64,000 nucleotides of DNA from Acidobacteriota bacterium. Its GTDB lineage: Bacteria > Acidobacteriota > Vicinamibacteria > Vicinamibacterales > UBA2999. A program made the position numbers and the translations under genes. The DNA is taken from assembly GCA_030650395.1 (NCBI GenBank), contig JAUSDY010000171.1:6554-70553 (forward strand), in the 5' to 3' direction. The notes below the pieces were generated by a model, which searched no databases, was not told the DNA's origin, and saw only the letters and a program-made list of their open reading frames with translations. Shown here one piece after another: positions 62,846 to 64,000 of this stretch (position 1 is the first letter of the stretch; each line of letters opens with the position of its first letter).

Positions 62846-63445
62846 ATCGCCTTCGATAGATCTCGCCCGACCCGTCGTGACGACCGTCTCCGCATCAACG
62901 AGCGGATTCGAGTCCGTGAAATCCGCGTAATTGACGACGCGGGGCAGCAGCTGGGCATCATGCCGCCGCCCCAGGCTCTGATTCTTGCCCGACAGAAAGG
63001 CCTCGACCTGGTCGAAATCTCGCCGACCGCCGTGCCGCCCGTCTGCCGGATCATGGATTACGGCAAGTATCAGTACCAGGAGCAGAAGCGCGCCCGCGAG
63101 GCGAAGCGGCACCAGAAGGTGATCGAGGTCAAGGAAATCAAGTTCCGTCCCAAGGTGGACGAGCACGATTACCAGTTCAAGAAGCATCACATCGAGCGCT
63201 TCATTGAAGAAGGCGACAAGGTCAAGGCGACGATTTTCTTCCGCGGGCGCGAAATGGCGCATCCGGAGATTGGCCACCGGATTTTGATGCGGCTGATCAA
63301 GGACCTCGAGGACGTGGCGATGGCCGAGACCATGCCGCGTCAGGAGGGCAACCAGATGCACACCATCCTGACAGGCAAGAAGGGCCAGCCGAAAGCGGCG
63401 GCCAAGCCGAAGGCAGAAATGCCTGAAACGGTTAATAAAGAATAA
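62846..63445 (+). CDS. infC: translation initiation factor IF-3
   Basis: RINERIRVREIRVID...LVEISPTAVPPVCRIMDYGKYQY...KEIKFRP...FFRGREMAH. The proposed non-AUG start ATC 62846 lies 5 nt after GGAGGA. In-frame ATG 62789 lies inside thrS and would add an atypical 19-aa extension. Confidence 0.8.
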   Translation: MAFDRSRPTRRDDRLRINERIRVREIRVIDDAGQQLGIMPPPQALILARQKGLDLVEISPTAVPPVCRIMDYGKYQYQEQKRAREAKRHQKVIEVKEIKFRPKVDEHDYQFKKHHIERFIEEGDKVKATIFFRGREMAHPEIGHRILMRLIKDLEDVAMAETMPRQEGNQMHTILTGKKGQPKAAAKPKAEMPETVNKE

Positions 63446-63469
63446 CGAATTACCAATAACGAAAAGACA

Positions 63470-63493
63470 GGTAGCGCGGAACTTTAGTTCCGC
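63470..63493 (+). repeat. GTAG-headed stem-loop (REP-like), CGCGGAAC stem
   Basis: gtag-cgcggaac-ttta-gttccgcg. The 27-mer including the atc tail is identical to 37159-37185. It is preceded by AATAAC words (63433-65). Confidence 0.9.
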
Positions 63494-63511
63494 GATCAGA
63501 GTTTGGGAATC

Positions 63512-63718
63512 ATGGCCAAGAAGCAGAAGTTGAAGACCCATCGCGGCGCGAAAAAGCGGTTCAAGATCACCGGCACCGGCAAAGTCATGCGCGGCGCGGC
63601 GTTCAAGCGTCACATCCTCACGAGCAAGACGACCAAGAGCAAGCGCCACGCCCGCGGCCCGAAGGTGGTGACTCCCGGTGACGCTCGCAAGATCAAGTTG
63701 ATGCTTCCGTATGACTAA
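63512..63718 (+). CDS. rpmI: 50S ribosomal protein L35
   Basis: MAKKQKLKTHRGAKKRFKITGTGKV..., a typical L35. 68 aa. Confidence 0.9.
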   Translation: MAKKQKLKTHRGAKKRFKITGTGKVMRGAAFKRHILTSKTTKSKRHARGPKVVTPGDARKIKLMLPYD

Positions 63719-63790
63719 GACGAGTTAAGAGTTAAGAGTTCGGAGTTAAGAGCATTAGTTCTTAACTCGTAACTCTGCACTCTGAACTCC
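63719..63790. repeat. tandem-word composite palindrome (GAGTTAA / GAGTTCG heptamers)
   Basis: gagttaagagttaagagttcggagttaagagc - att - agttcttaactcgtaactctgcactctgaactc. Confidence 0.85.
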
Positions 63791-63856
63791 CGTTTAGGCG
63801 CGTCGCGGCCCGCGGGTTGGGGCATTTTCGCTGCGACACAATTAGCACCCCGTCCC

Positions 63857-63897
63857 GGCACCCCTAAAGGGGTGCCCTACTAAGCGGGGTGCCCTAC
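63857..63897 (-). repeat. GTAG-headed stem-loop (REP-like, GGCACCCC stem) plus a second partial copy
   Basis: ggcacccc-taaa-ggggtgcc-ctac (63857-80) and ggggtgcc-ctac (63886-97). Confidence 0.9.
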
Positions 63898-63971
63898 AGC
63901 GCCTGCCAGTGCATGTAGCGCTGGCTCAAGTCCGGTAACCACCGGCCCCCAATATCGCAGCAGGAACAGTC

Positions 63972-64000
63972 ATGCCTCGCGTCAAACGTGGTGTCGTCCG
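63972..64000 (+). CDS. rplT: 50S ribosomal protein L20 (5' end; continues beyond window)
   Basis: ATG 63972 after AGGA. MPRVKRGVV matches the conserved L20 N-terminus and the expected infC-rpmI-rplT order. Confidence 0.8.

Overview
GC-rich chromosomal segment of a diderm bacterium. The gene content (two CarboxypepD_reg-type TonB-dependent receptors, type III glutamine synthetase, lpxB/lpxD, an RND efflux operon) resembles Acidobacteria-like soil bacteria; this is inference only. I can support about 55 protein-coding genes and one tRNA-Val, almost all housekeeping. They include the copZ-copA-csoR copper operon with its operator, queG, acnA, an osmoprotectant ABC transporter, lpxD / two M16 peptidases / lpxB, fadD, glnN, an MFP-RND-OMF efflux locus and gatCA. 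They also include dnaK with a divergent hsp20, ymdB-xseA-xseB-ispA-tlyA-nadK, mltG-ruvX, envC-like/ctp/hup, and thrS-infC-rpmI-rplT. I found no transposase, integrase, phage, CRISPR-cas or recognisable defence genes. What stands out is the non-coding architecture. Nearly every spacer longer than about 40 bp holds a palindromic repeat element, and there are at least four architectural classes. (1) GTAG/GTGG-headed stem-loops with a constant TTTA-type loop but several different, fully compensated stems (REP-like). (2) Elements with conserved flanks (CTGAGCGAGCG ... GAGTCGAAGG) around a hairpin that differs at every copy. (3) Large composite palindromes whose arms are tandem arrays of 7-12-nt words. 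(4) A 41-nt CCACCACGCG hairpin element. Copies of all four classes also sit in frame inside conserved genes (acnA, queG, a YdjM-like hydrolase, a GT39/TPR protein, a TonB receptor signal peptide, the RND/OMF junction, an acyl-CoA synthetase, the xseA 5' end). They also often supply the stop codon or last residues of neighbouring genes. Other oddities: the RND pump and TolC-like factor form one uninterrupted 1494-codon ORF, an acyl-CoA synthetase is split by a hairpin carrying an in-frame TGA, and the DnaK is unusually short. All coordinates and motifs were read by eye from the sequence. No database search or structure prediction was run.
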